Shown here piece after piece: positions 10,324-19,933 of a stretch of 64,000 bases of DNA (positions are counted from its first letter, which is position 1; each line of letters opens with the position of its first letter). The notes beneath the pieces are model-generated. The model had not been told where the DNA came from. It was given only the letters and a program-made list of their open reading frames with translations, and made no database searches. The stretch covers positions 1,376,001 to 1,440,000 of the forward strand of contig CAWDEM010000008.1 of NCBI GenBank assembly GCA_963801355.1, given 5' to 3'. The translations under genes were made by a program, and so were the position numbers. Source of the DNA: Ignavibacteriota bacterium (lineage in GTDB: Bacteria > Bacteroidota > Ignavibacteria > UBA10030 > UBA6906).

Positions 10324-10341
10324 TGTGGCAGTGGTGCCACG
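10324..10341. promoter_or_regulatory. Candidate enhancer dyad, same motif as 4450..4467
   Basis: TGTGGCA-GTGG-TGCCACG; weaker copy CGCGACA-TGGA-AGCCACA at 10280..10297. Confidence 0.6.
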
Positions 10342-10458
10342 ACTGCCGGGGCATTCGTCTCCGGAATGTTGCAGGTATGCCGGTCGAGCGGCGATGCTGA
10401 GAGGAACCTATGCGCAGATGAAGCAGTTAGGAAGGAACACTATGGCAGGCGAGCTTCT

Positions 10459-11526
10459 TCACAATGCGGGTTGAACGTAGAAATACGGGGCGTCCATTGT
10501 AGCCATTCCGACCTGCGACTTGCCTCCTTTGAGGTAACTCCCGTATGGGACCGTGCGCGCTTCTCCCCCTCCGTACCCTTCATACCACATATAGTACCGG
10601 CCGTTGACCGGCTCGACTGTGGTAAACCAGATAGCCCCTTCATCCCATTGGCCCTTCTCTCCCCGGCTGAATATGGGGTTCCGGGGATACTTCTTCCAAT
10701 CAATGAGGTCCTTCGACGTGGCAAGCCCGGAATTGAACGGGTAGTCCTTGTTCCGGTCAGAACCACAATAGATCATGTAGTACAGTCCGCCCTCCGAAAA
10801 AATGCGCGGGGTTTCAACAGTATAGCTGTCCCAGGATCCTTCAGGTCCGACGGAGAGCGCCAACGAATTTGCAGGCTCGTCGAAATGAGAGCCGTCCGGT
10901 GAGGTGGCATAATGTATCTGGAAGCCGTTCTTTCCGGGGACCTGCTTCCAGAAGTACAGATAAAACGAACCATCACGGAAGACCACTTCCGGAGCGCCAC
11001 CGATGACAACGGGGTTGGACGTATATTTAGTGAAATGCACTCCATCATCGGAGACAGCAAGGCAGATTGCCCGATCCGCACGTGGACTGCAGCCGGTGTA
11101 GTACAGAAAAACCTTCCCCTCGTGCAGGATGGCGGCCGGGTCGAGAGCGTGCGATTGGTCCCATGAACCCGGCGGACCGACGTCGATGACCGGTTCGGCA
11201 TTAATTTCCCAGGTAAAGCCATCGAAGCGATCCCGGGGAATCGTTGCGACGCCGATGCGGTCATGCCCGCCCAGTTGGCCCCTGAAGTACATGAAGTACT
11301 TTTCCCCGTTCAGGAGCAGATCCGGATTAGCGGTCTGGGACTCGCGCCATGTGCCGGCCGCCGCAGGAAACACGGGGTTTCCGGAATAACGGGACCAGAC
11401 AAATTTCACTGAATCCTGGGCTGAACGTTGTGCCTCCGGGTTTCCGCAGGAGGAGCACGTCAGAACACAAAGAACCCAGGCAATGACGCAGGAAGACGCA
11501 TTATTTCGCAAGGGCACGTACCTCAT
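10459..11526 (-). CDS. Five-bladed beta-propeller glycoside hydrolase-like lipoprotein (GH32/43/130-like)
   Basis: Repeated blades 'W..Y..NPV/I', 'GSWD....DP/ETP', 'YYM.Y.G'; lipobox-like CSSC. Confidence 0.7.
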   Translation of the reverse strand: MRYVPLRNNASSCVIAWVLCVLTCSSCGNPEAQRSAQDSVKFVWSRYSGNPVFPAAAGTWRESQTANPDLLLNGEKYFMYFRGQLGGHDRIGVATIPRDRFDGFTWEINAEPVIDVGPPGSWDQSHALDPAAILHEGKVFLYYTGCSPRADRAICLAVSDDGVHFTKYTSNPVVIGGAPEVVFRDGSFYLYFWKQVPGKNGFQIHYATSPDGSHFDEPANSLALSVGPEGSWDSYTVETPRIFSEGGLYYMIYCGSDRNKDYPFNSGLATSKDLIDWKKYPRNPIFSRGEKGQWDEGAIWFTTVEPVNGRYYMWYEGYGGGEARTVPYGSYLKGGKSQVGMATMDAPYFYVQPAL

Positions 11527-12739
11527 GCAGTAACCGCGTGATCTCATCTTCGGTGGTGTAGAGAGAGACCCCCACCCGTGTTACGCCACCCCGGTCGAGC
11601 AGACCCATCACCTCCATCGGACGAATAGCGTAGAAGTGTCCGTCCCAGGTGCAGATGCCATGGCGTGCAAGGTGCGCGCTGACATCGGTGGACGTATGCC
11701 CTTCCAATGTGAAGGAGACCGTGGGGCACCGCTGCGGAACGTCGAACGACTGGCCGTACACGGTAACCCCCGGAATCTCCATGAGACCATGATAGAGCAA
11801 TGAACCGAGCGCATGCTCATGAACGCCAAGGCGATTCATGCCGTCGCACACTCGTGACCGGAGATCCGGGCCTTCGCCGAGCCCGGCGACGTATTCCACA
11901 GCTGCCTTGACGCCTGCGATGGCGGCGTGATTGAGAGTCCCCGTCTCGATCCTGTACGGTGCGCGCTGGTCCTGCGTGCGAAGCCGGTCCGTATCGAGAC
12001 TGCCAAGGAGTCCTTCACGCGCATACATGATTCCGACGTGCGGGCCGTAAAACTTGTAGGCCGAACAAATCAGGAAGTCAACGTCCATGGCCATGACATC
12101 GACGGCAAAGTGCGGGGCATAATGTACTGCGTCGACCATCAGCAATGCGCCTACCTCCGCGGTGGCTTTCCGTATACGGCGGATATCGTTGACCGTCCCG
12201 AATGCATTCGACGCGAGTCCCATCGCGACGAGTTTTGTGCGGGCATTGATATTCGAAACGAAGTTGTCGTAGTCGAGAGTCGCATCGCGGCGGACCGCCG
12301 CCTCGCGAACAAGGATGCCCTGACTCCGCAGCGCCAGCCAGGGACCGCGATTCGCTTCATGGTCCAGCTCGGTGATGACGATCTCATCCCCGGGCTGAAG
12401 GCGGCGGCCGATGGCTCTGCTGAGCGAAAACGTGAGGGTCGTCATGTTGGCACCGAACGAAATCGTCGTTTCGCCTCCTGCGCCAAGGTATGCGGCGACT
12501 GCCTGCCTCGTCTCCTCCAGCATCCCGTCCGATTCGACGGCCGTGACGAACTGCCCGTGTGTGTTGGCGTTGCATGTTGTATAGTAGTGCGCGATGGCGT
12601 CGATCACCTGCCTGGGGATCTGGGTACCGGCCGGACCGTCGAGGTAGACGAGCGGAATCCCGTCGTACATTCGCTGGAGCGACGGAAAGTCCGCACGCTT
12701 TGCTGCGAGTAATTGTGGGGTGGAATCAGTCGCACTCAT
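11501..12739 (-). CDS. Cysteine desulfurase-like class V PLP enzyme (VC1184-type)
   Basis: 'YLDGPAGTQ', 'DHEAN', 'DAVHYAPH', PLP lysine in SAYKFYGPH, 'ETGT'. Confidence 0.85.
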   Translation of the reverse strand: MSATDSTPQLLAAKRADFPSLQRMYDGIPLVYLDGPAGTQIPRQVIDAIAHYYTTCNANTHGQFVTAVESDGMLEETRQAVAAYLGAGGETTISFGANMTTLTFSLSRAIGRRLQPGDEIVITELDHEANRGPWLALRSQGILVREAAVRRDATLDYDNFVSNINARTKLVAMGLASNAFGTVNDIRRIRKATAEVGALLMVDAVHYAPHFAVDVMAMDVDFLICSAYKFYGPHVGIMYAREGLLGSLDTDRLRTQDQRAPYRIETGTLNHAAIAGVKAAVEYVAGLGEGPDLRSRVCDGMNRLGVHEHALGSLLYHGLMEIPGVTVYGQSFDVPQRCPTVSFTLEGHTSTDVSAHLARHGICTWDGHFYAIRPMEVMGLLDRGGVTRVGVSLYTTEDEITRLLHEVRALAK

Positions 12740-12826
12740 AGTTCCGTGAGTCTCCAGGGTTCGCACATGGTGTGAGCGGGTCGCCGCCATTGCGACGACC
12801 GGTGGTTCTGCTGCAGTACCGCACCA

Positions 12827-14428
12827 TCACCGCGCCTCGCCCAGAGGTTCCCACTCGCCGAAAGCCTCGATTTCCAGCCTCACCTGTGGGTCGGTCTGGT
12901 AGCTTTCATGAGAGTTATAGTACCACCCCAGGTATTCTGATCCACCGCCGCTGCGCGTGGTGATCAAGAACCGGTTCGGCAGATGCCCGATATTCATCGC
13001 ACGGTCTCGCGCCAGTGGCTTGTCTCCCCCCTGTGGATCAATGGGAACCCAGCCGTAGTTCGGGAGGTACACCTCCGGCCACCGGTGAAACACTTCGTCG
13101 TAACTCGCATCATCTCCGCGCACGACAATAGCCCCCACATAACGCGCGGGCAGTCCTGCCGCCCGGCAGAGAGAAATGAAACTGAACGTGTACTCGGAAC
13201 AGGAACCGGTTCCCCGCTGCAGGACCACCGGTGCCGCATTCCAGCCGCCCTCGAGCTTGTATTCCAGTCGTGTGCGAACCGAATCGAAAATCCTTCGCGC
13301 AATCCAGTACGGGTTCCTCTCATTCCCGACAACCCTCTTCACCATCTCCTGGATGAACGGATCCTCGATCTGGTACTTGCTGTCATTGGCTGTATACAGC
13401 TTCCGAACGTCCGCCGGAATATCTGCAAGGCTCCCGCACCGCTCCGGGAAAATATAATGGTTGATCCCCGAGATTCGTGCTTCGACATTCATGAACGAAC
13501 TGAGCGTTGCTCCGGCAGGTTTGTTCCTATAGATGAATTGGGCACACTCCTGCGACCACCGGTCCGTGACCCTACCGGCCGGAGTGGGAGCAAACGTCAC
13601 CCGCAGAATTTCCTGCTGCGGCATCGACACCGGCACAGCGATCGACACGGTGAGTTCCTGGAGCCGTCCCTTACCGATCACCTTCGCCTCGTGCTGAAAG
13701 GTCGTTCGATATGTCTTCGTGTTCTCAATCCTGAAGAGCTCGTTGTCCTGGCGCACCATTTGAAAGAGCGAATCTTTCTGATAGTCGACGGCCCAGACGT
13801 GCTCTCCGTCGTACGCCAGTCCACGCGGATACGGCCCAGGGGATTTCAGGATAATGATCACTTCGCCGCTCCGGGGATCGAGCATATAGATTTCATCCGT
13901 CATCCTATCGGAGCACCAGAGGTATGTGCCATCGAAAACAAGGCCTTGCGCCGATTGTGCCGGCACGGGGAACGATTGTACTGCTGTCCCGTCACTCAGA
14001 TCCACCTTCATGATGGATTTCTCCGCGAGATCAGACACCCAGAGGGTAGTCCCGTCCCATGCAAGGGCCTCCGGGCTCCCGCCAGGGGCATCAATCGTGG
14101 TCAAAATAACTCCATCCTTGGGGTCGACCTTGAAAATCTTCTTCTGGTGGGAATCGACATTCCAGAGGTATTTGCCGTCCCAGGCGAGGCCCATCGGCCA
14201 GAAGCCCGGCGAAGGTATTTCACGCAACACCGATCCGTCGACGGGGCTGACGCACACAAGTTTGTCCTGCTTGTGATCCGCCACCCAGAGGCTCGTGCCG
14301 TCGAACGTGAGCCCTGTCGAACAGGAATACGGAGCCTTCACGGCCCTGAGGACTTTCCCTGGATATGACCATGCAGGATTGGAGAGGACCGGAAGAAGAA
14401 GAACCAGCATCAGGCGGGTAACACGCAT
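12827..14428 (-). CDS. Secreted beta-propeller plus transglutaminase-like domain protein
   Basis: Repeated 'GL[AT][WF]DG..LW' blades; triad GSCSEY / HRWPEVY / PIDP. Confidence 0.85.
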   Translation of the reverse strand: MRVTRLMLVLLLPVLSNPAWSYPGKVLRAVKAPYSCSTGLTFDGTSLWVADHKQDKLVCVSPVDGSVLREIPSPGFWPMGLAWDGKYLWNVDSHQKKIFKVDPKDGVILTTIDAPGGSPEALAWDGTTLWVSDLAEKSIMKVDLSDGTAVQSFPVPAQSAQGLVFDGTYLWCSDRMTDEIYMLDPRSGEVIIILKSPGPYPRGLAYDGEHVWAVDYQKDSLFQMVRQDNELFRIENTKTYRTTFQHEAKVIGKGRLQELTVSIAVPVSMPQQEILRVTFAPTPAGRVTDRWSQECAQFIYRNKPAGATLSSFMNVEARISGINHYIFPERCGSLADIPADVRKLYTANDSKYQIEDPFIQEMVKRVVGNERNPYWIARRIFDSVRTRLEYKLEGGWNAAPVVLQRGTGSCSEYTFSFISLCRAAGLPARYVGAIVVRGDDASYDEVFHRWPEVYLPNYGWVPIDPQGGDKPLARDRAMNIGHLPNRFLITTRSGGGSEYLGWYYNSHESYQTDPQVRLEIEAFGEWEPLGEAR

Positions 14429-14472
14429 AGCGTACCTCCCGGATGTAAGGAAACATCAACCTGTCGCCGGCC

Positions 14473-14715
14473 TTACTTCGCCAGCCGGTTGGGCTCATTC
14501 GCAAACCATTGAATTTGTCCGCACGAGGTGCATGCCAGCACTGCGGCGGTTTTGTTTGCCCACTCCACACCGAAAAATGTCATTCCCGGGGTATTGAGCA
14601 GAATTGCGCGATGTTCGAAGATCTTCTTGCCGCAATGGGGACATTTCACCTGTTTGCCTCCCGCCTCAAACGCCGATGGCGTTTTTTCCTGTTTGGTGGA
14701 ATCAAATATTTTCAT
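14473..14715 (-). CDS. Small zinc-ribbon protein
   Basis: CPHCG...CTSCG; 'LLNTPGMTFFGVEWAN'. Confidence 0.7.
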   Translation of the reverse strand: MKIFDSTKQEKTPSAFEAGGKQVKCPHCGKKIFEHRAILLNTPGMTFFGVEWANKTAAVLACTSCGQIQWFANEPNRLAK

Positions 14716-14735
14716 TTTGATACCCGGAGATGTTG

Positions 14736-15236
14736 TTAGTTCGACGACTTCTGAGTTCTGCCAATACCGGAATCGTGCGTGTATATCAATTTCCATTGAC
14801 CCGCGATGTTCTTAAAGACAAGGGTATAGGCGTGCGGATCGCATACGTATTTCTCTCCCGATTTCCACAGGGCCTCATCCTTGCCAAGCCAGGAGCAGAT
14901 TACTATGTCCCGTGTAACTAATGGGAAGTCCCGGCGAGTGGTGGTCCATGTGTAGCTGGCTGCAGAGTTCTTGAACGCAGCCATAACCTCTTTGTGGGTC
15001 TGAAAATCACGACGCGTGCCCTGAGCATTGAAGTAAACCCAGGCTTGCGAGTCCTCGAAGTACTGGAGGGCTTCTTCCGGATTCACCTGTTCCCATTTGG
15101 CCCAGATACTGTCAGCCACGACCGTGACTTCTTTCGTGATCCGGTCACTTTGTTGTGGGTCCAGTTGGCCGCTCTCCTGCGGAGTACAGCCATTGCAATT
15201 GAGGAGCAGAGCTGCGATGAACACGTATGTCTTCAT
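14736..15236 (-). CDS. NTF2/SnoaL-like lipoprotein
   Basis: Lipobox-like CNGC; C-terminal 'YTLVFKNIAGQWKLIYTHDS'. Confidence 0.75.
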   Translation of the reverse strand: MKTYVFIAALLLNCNGCTPQESGQLDPQQSDRITKEVTVVADSIWAKWEQVNPEEALQYFEDSQAWVYFNAQGTRRDFQTHKEVMAAFKNSAASYTWTTTRRDFPLVTRDIVICSWLGKDEALWKSGEKYVCDPHAYTLVFKNIAGQWKLIYTHDSGIGRTQKSSN

Positions 15237-15453
15237 ATTGGCCTGCGCAAGATTGTCCCACGGATGGACACGAACCCTGAATAGGCCGGAACGGAGATGA
15301 TCGACCTATGGCGAAATAGTACAGAAGCGGAACACCAATATCAACTACTCACAACTATCTCGCGTGCAACGTTGGCAAGGCTGGGCAAATAGCACATCGT
15401 CCTGCCGATTTTCAGGTGCAGGCAAATAGTGGGGGATTTTCTTATCTTACCGC

Positions 15454-15798
15454 ATGAATGCGAAGCCCCGGAACGGAAAGCTCAGGAGCAAATGCCTGCC
15501 CCGACAACTGCAGCCATTTTTCTGGGATCGCGAATTCCGCAATCTCTCGATGAATTCCGACACCGACTTCATCGTGGGTCGTTTGCTCGCAGAAGGCGAC
15601 TGGGACTCAATCCGGTGGCTGCGTCGTAGCGTGGGAAACACAGCGCTGCGCGATTGGTTCAATCGACACTCGGGCGCAGGTCTTTCCCCGCGTAGCTTGC
15701 GATTCTGGGAACTTGTGCTGGGGCTCGATCGCAACAGAGTGAATCTCTGGATCTCACGGCAGATGGAGAACCCTTGGCATCGAAGAACCGGCGCATAG
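15454..15798 (+). CDS. DUF6922-like antitoxin partner
   Basis: 'LQPFFWD...FIVGRLLAEGDWDSIRWL...LSPRSLRFW'; overlaps the AbiEii gene. Confidence 0.7.
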   Translation: MNAKPRNGKLRSKCLPRQLQPFFWDREFRNLSMNSDTDFIVGRLLAEGDWDSIRWLRRSVGNTALRDWFNRHSGAGLSPRSLRFWELVLGLDRNRVNLWISRQMENPWHRRTGA

Positions 15799-16436
15799 CT
15801 TTCCACCTCGAGGTTCTCAGCAGACGCCAGCACGTTGCGTTAAGCCGGCTCGGCCCCGTCATGTCTGCGATGGACTTCTCCCTTGCCGGTGGAACAGCAC
15901 TTGCACTCTACCTGGGGCACCGGCGCTCCATAGATTTCGACTGGTTCACCGGCAAGAGAATGCCCGACGTTTTGAAGTTTGCACAGACGGTCCGGGAGCA
16001 TGGAGTACCGCTGACCGTGCAGCAAGTTGATCGTGGGACGCTCCACGCATCCGTCCTCGGAGTGCGCACATCTTTCTTCGAATACAACTACCCGAGGCTG
16101 AAAGCACCGGTCGCTTTCAAGATGCATGGCTGTCTGCTTGCGTCACTCGACGATATCGCCTGCATGAAACTCTCAGCCGTTGCGCAGCGAGGGACAAAAA
16201 AGGATTTCGTCGACATCTTCGCGCTTCTCAAGACCCACACCACACTGTCCAGAATGCTCACACTTTACCGGCAGAAGTATTCAGTCTCTGACGTTCTGCA
16301 CATCCTTCATGCTCTTGTGTATTTCGACGATGCCGAAACCGAGCGAATGCCAAGAATGATCTGGAATGCAGAGTGGTCTGACATCAGGAACCGAATACGC
16401 AGAGCCGTTCAGCGCTTGGCCAATGAGAAAGAGTGA
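15774..16436 (+). CDS. AbiEii/AbiGii-family nucleotidyltransferase toxin
   Basis: 'LAGGTALALYLGHRRSIDFDWF', 'MKLSAVAQRGTKKDFVDI'. Confidence 0.9.
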   Translation: MASKNRRIAFHLEVLSRRQHVALSRLGPVMSAMDFSLAGGTALALYLGHRRSIDFDWFTGKRMPDVLKFAQTVREHGVPLTVQQVDRGTLHASVLGVRTSFFEYNYPRLKAPVAFKMHGCLLASLDDIACMKLSAVAQRGTKKDFVDIFALLKTHTTLSRMLTLYRQKYSVSDVLHILHALVYFDDAETERMPRMIWNAEWSDIRNRIRRAVQRLANEKE

Positions 16437-16484
16437 TGGGATAAATGTGAAGAACGACTGAATCACGATGCAGTGGAGTACTCC

Positions 16485-17360
16485 ATGCATAGGAAATCCG
16501 CTGTAGTGCTGGGAACATTGCTCCTCCTGGTTCTCCCTCTGACAGCAAGTGCCGCCGATGCAGACACGACCGCCCAGATCTACAGGGTCACATTGTCGGA
16601 TGGTTCTGCGTTCGTGGGCACCATCGTTTCTTCGACTTCGGACTCGTTGATTTTTCAGACGGGGTCCGGAATCAGGATGACATTGCCACGCAGCGCCGTT
16701 ACGCGCACCGAACGTTTGCGGGGTTCCATGGAAGAAGGTGTGTACCGGCGTGTCGATCCAAACGGATCCCGACTTCTCTTCGGTCCCACGGCCCGACCTC
16801 TCAGAGCGGGAGACGGATATTTCGCAGCGTACGAGATTTTCTTCACCTATGCGGCCGTGGGTATAGCCAATGTTGTTTCGCTGGGAGGAGGAATGACTAT
16901 CTTCCCAGGTGCCTCTAATCAGCTCTTCTACCTGTCTCCCAAGGTGGCATTGACCACGGCGGACGAAATGATCAGCGGCGCCGTTGGCGCATTCTACATG
17001 AATGCACTCTCAAGCTCCTCTGATGGTTTGGGGATTGTCTATGGGATAGGAACATACGGGACGCCGAAGGCCGGATTGACCTTCGGACTCGGATACGGAT
17101 ACTCCGAAGGTGAGTTCTCCAGCAACCCCGTGGTGCTCGCCGGAGGAGAAGTCCAGCTTTCCAACAGCTTCAAACTGATTTCGGAAAACTGGTTCCCGGT
17201 CGGCTCTGACTTTTCGATCCTCTCCTTTGGTTTCCGTTTCTTCGGGGACAACCTCGCGGCTGACCTCGGGTTCTTCTACCCGATGCACAACGGCTCGGGG
17301 ATCTCTGAAGGCTTTCCTTTCATCCCGTGGCTCGGGTTTGCCTACAATTTTGGACGATAG
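16485..17360 (+). CDS. Hypothetical outer-membrane protein
   Basis: Signal peptide, small N-terminal beta domain, Gly/aromatic beta-strands ending 'LGFAYNFGR'. Confidence 0.65.
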   Translation: MHRKSAVVLGTLLLLVLPLTASAADADTTAQIYRVTLSDGSAFVGTIVSSTSDSLIFQTGSGIRMTLPRSAVTRTERLRGSMEEGVYRRVDPNGSRLLFGPTARPLRAGDGYFAAYEIFFTYAAVGIANVVSLGGGMTIFPGASNQLFYLSPKVALTTADEMISGAVGAFYMNALSSSSDGLGIVYGIGTYGTPKAGLTFGLGYGYSEGEFSSNPVVLAGGEVQLSNSFKLISENWFPVGSDFSILSFGFRFFGDNLAADLGFFYPMHNGSGISEGFPFIPWLGFAYNFGR

Positions 17361-17374
17361 GCTGGTCCTGGCAC

Positions 17375-18461
17375 TCACGCAGCGACGGCACTCTTTCGCC
17401 TTCTCATGACCCCGGCAATACTCATCGATGCGACAATCAGCAGCAACAAGGCCGAGATGCCTACGGCCCACCAATTCACGACACGTGACTCAACCCACAT
17501 GTCATAGTCGGTGATGTACAACGCTCCTTCGAATCCCTCCCATGAGACCATATTCCCGTTGACCGACGGGGCGTTGGTGTTCGTGATCAGCCCGGGCATT
17601 TCTGTCCGCACTTTGTACCCGAAGGGAGCGAAGTTCTGGACAAACACCCGTTGTTTCTCCAGATGCGCGATGGCGTCCGATGTTCCTGGCAGCCGCGTTC
17701 AACGCCAAAGGATTCTGCAGAACACGCGCAAATTCCTGCCCCATCGTGTTGAGATCCCGGGCTCTCCCCTTCCTATCCGCAAACGTGCTGAATTGTACCC
17801 CTGTCGCGCGGAACAGATCCTCTTTGCGGCCCACAACGGAATCCACCGTCAAAGCAGGATCACCAAGCTCACGTACTCCCTCCAGAAAGGTCTTGTAGTA
17901 CGCCTCGAACCAGTTCCGTGAGTCCCACTCGTTGTAACGGTCTTCCGCGTCTGAGACAGCAAGACTGTCACCCCTCGTCGGAAACTTTTCCTTCTGCAGT
18001 TCGTGCCGCATGAACATGTCGAGTTCTGCAGGGGAAACGTAATCTGATAGAGGGACCTCATTCACATTGTGCAATCTCGACCAGGTCTCATTGTAACGGA
18101 ACATTGTGAAGAACCAGTTGAACCGGGTTTCCAGGCGGGGCGTGATTGTCACGCTCATGCCCGGGGTCCCTCGTAAGGCCCGTGCCATATCCTCAACCGT
18201 GGCAAATTCGTGGCGGGCTGTCAGGATGTATTTTCTTTCCTCCCACCGGCTCTCCAGTGTCCAGGAGGAATCGATCCCGAGGATTATGCGTGCACCGGGA
18301 ACTCCTGCTGAATCGCCGGAGAGTACGACGCTGCGATTCAGGGATTCGTCACGACGAACCTGAGTCGTTGTTTCGATCTCCAGGCAGCCGGGTGTTGTAA
18401 TGACAACGAGTCCGGCAAGTGCCGCGACACTGAACGATCGAACCCGCATCGGGCTCTTCAT
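17375..18461 (-). CDS. Lipoprotein with C-terminal TM anchor in the ECF operon, split by a frameshift near 17683
   Basis: ORFs 17502..18461 and 17375..17647 join if one base is removed (..ARN|SDAIAHLEKQRVFVQNF..); lipobox-like TPGC. Confidence 0.65.
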
Positions 18462-19180
18462 CCCGCACCTCCCTTTCGTGATAAGTGAAAAACAGGAATC
18501 GCACGTTGCTGCACAGCACGGGATATAACTTCGATGGTCCCAGCATCCAACGCGGCGCCTTCCGCCATCCGCGGGGCAAAGTGCAGCGTCTGCGCCACGG
18601 TCTCCTGCAACAACCGCGCCTCTTCCTTCGTGACAAGTATGCCGTTGTTGCTGTCCACCGTCACCCGGCCACCCAAGGCTTCAAGGATTTCCCGTGAACG
18701 GGGAATCCGCGACAACGCCTCTGCATCCAGCACAAAAGCCGCCTGGATCATACCCGCACGATCCCGGCGGAGCGACATGCTTGCTTCGAGGTTTGAAACG
18801 TCGCTCATCAACGAGTACTGTTGATACAATAGGGTGCCAACGATCGCTGTCACCAGCAGTGCGAAGGCGAACCGGAGGCGAGGCTGATTGACTCTGAGGG
18901 CAAGCACATCCAGGAAGCCCCGGATCCCTGTGCGGGAAACCGGATGCTTTCCGCGGCCGACGGCAAGGAGTATGCGCTTGACTGCGGCGTCCGCGTCCGG
19001 AGCTTCAGGCTTCATGGCACGAAGGTGCGCAATCTGCCGGTCGTCCGAGGCGAGCTTTTCCTTGAGCGCTGTGCATCGCGGGCAGTCTCGCAGGTGCGAT
19101 TCCAGTGCGGCCTGATCGAACTGGCTCAATTCTCCCGGCCTGTGAAGAAAAAGCCATTTCTCATATTGTTCACAACTCAT
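18458..19180 (-). CDS. Zinc-finger (zf-HC2) anti-sigma factor
   Basis: 'MSCEQY...ESHLRDCPRC', single TM; coupled to the sigma factor gene. Confidence 0.85.
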   Translation of the reverse strand: MSCEQYEKWLFLHRPGELSQFDQAALESHLRDCPRCTALKEKLASDDRQIAHLRAMKPEAPDADAAVKRILLAVGRGKHPVSRTGIRGFLDVLALRVNQPRLRFAFALLVTAIVGTLLYQQYSLMSDVSNLEASMSLRRDRAGMIQAAFVLDAEALSRIPRSREILEALGGRVTVDSNNGILVTKEEARLLQETVAQTLHFAPRMAEGAALDAGTIEVISRAVQQRAIPVFHLSRKGGAG

Positions 19181-19755
19181 GGCATTCTCCTCTGCATATC
19201 GTACTCCTTCTCGAGCCGCCCCCGGAGCCGCTTTCGTGCGTAGTGGAGATTGGACCGGACGCTTTCGCTGGAGAGACCCGTACAATCGCACACCTCTTGA
19301 ATCGAAAGATCCTGGATATCACGAAGTGTAAACACCAGCTTCTGTGTTTCCGGCAAGTCTCCCGCAAGACGTTCTATCAATTCGACCATGTCACGGTTGC
19401 CCGTCAGTACCTCAGGATTCCCGGTGTCAGAGGCATCTCCTGCCGGGATGTCTTCCGGAACGCGAACGGCCGTCACGGGTCTGCGCTTTCTGGACCGTAT
19501 CAAATCGAGAGACAGATTAGTCACGATCTGGTAGAGCCAGGTCGTGAACCTTGTGTTCGGATCAAACCGGTGCAAGTTCTTCCAGATCCTCACAAACGCC
19601 TCCTGCGTGACGTCATCCGCATCCGATTCGTCAAGAACAAGTCTCAGCGCCAGTGCATATGCATAGGAGAAGTGTGCCCGCACCACCCGGGCGAAAGCGT
19701 TCATATCTCCTTGCTGACTACTGTATATGTCTGCGGTGGTTGCGGTCTCAGCCAT
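19177..19755 (-). CDS. ECF RNA polymerase sigma factor
   Basis: 'DADDVTQEAFVRIW', 'FTTWLYQIVTNLSLD', 'SVRSNLHYARKRLR'. Confidence 0.95.
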   Translation of the reverse strand: MAETATTADIYSSQQGDMNAFARVVRAHFSYAYALALRLVLDESDADDVTQEAFVRIWKNLHRFDPNTRFTTWLYQIVTNLSLDLIRSRKRRPVTAVRVPEDIPAGDASDTGNPEVLTGNRDMVELIERLAGDLPETQKLVFTLRDIQDLSIQEVCDCTGLSSESVRSNLHYARKRLRGRLEKEYDMQRRMP

Positions 19756-19786
19756 GCCCGTCCGGTCCAAGTGTACACCCGGTATT

Positions 19787-19813
19787 GTAACGATCGGCAA
19801 GCAAAAATGTTAT
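19787..19813 (-). promoter_or_regulatory. Possible autoregulatory ECF promoter
   Basis: Minus strand ATAAC-N16-CGTTAC just upstream of the sigma gene. Confidence 0.45.
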
Positions 19814-19933
19814 ATGTGGGTGGACTATGTGATGTCCTATCATTAATTTATCCCAACAGCAACATGCGCATCAGCTGCCAATCAGAGAGGCAGACGACAA
19901 TTCACCAACCAGACTCCGGAGAGCATTTCCGCC

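Noticed and set aside
12983-14368. Long antisense ORFs (also 19105..20133, 36028..36957, 45571..46761, 58433..59374, 60754..61677)
   Set aside because: They shadow well-supported genes on the other strand, show no motifs, and are expected in GC-rich DNA
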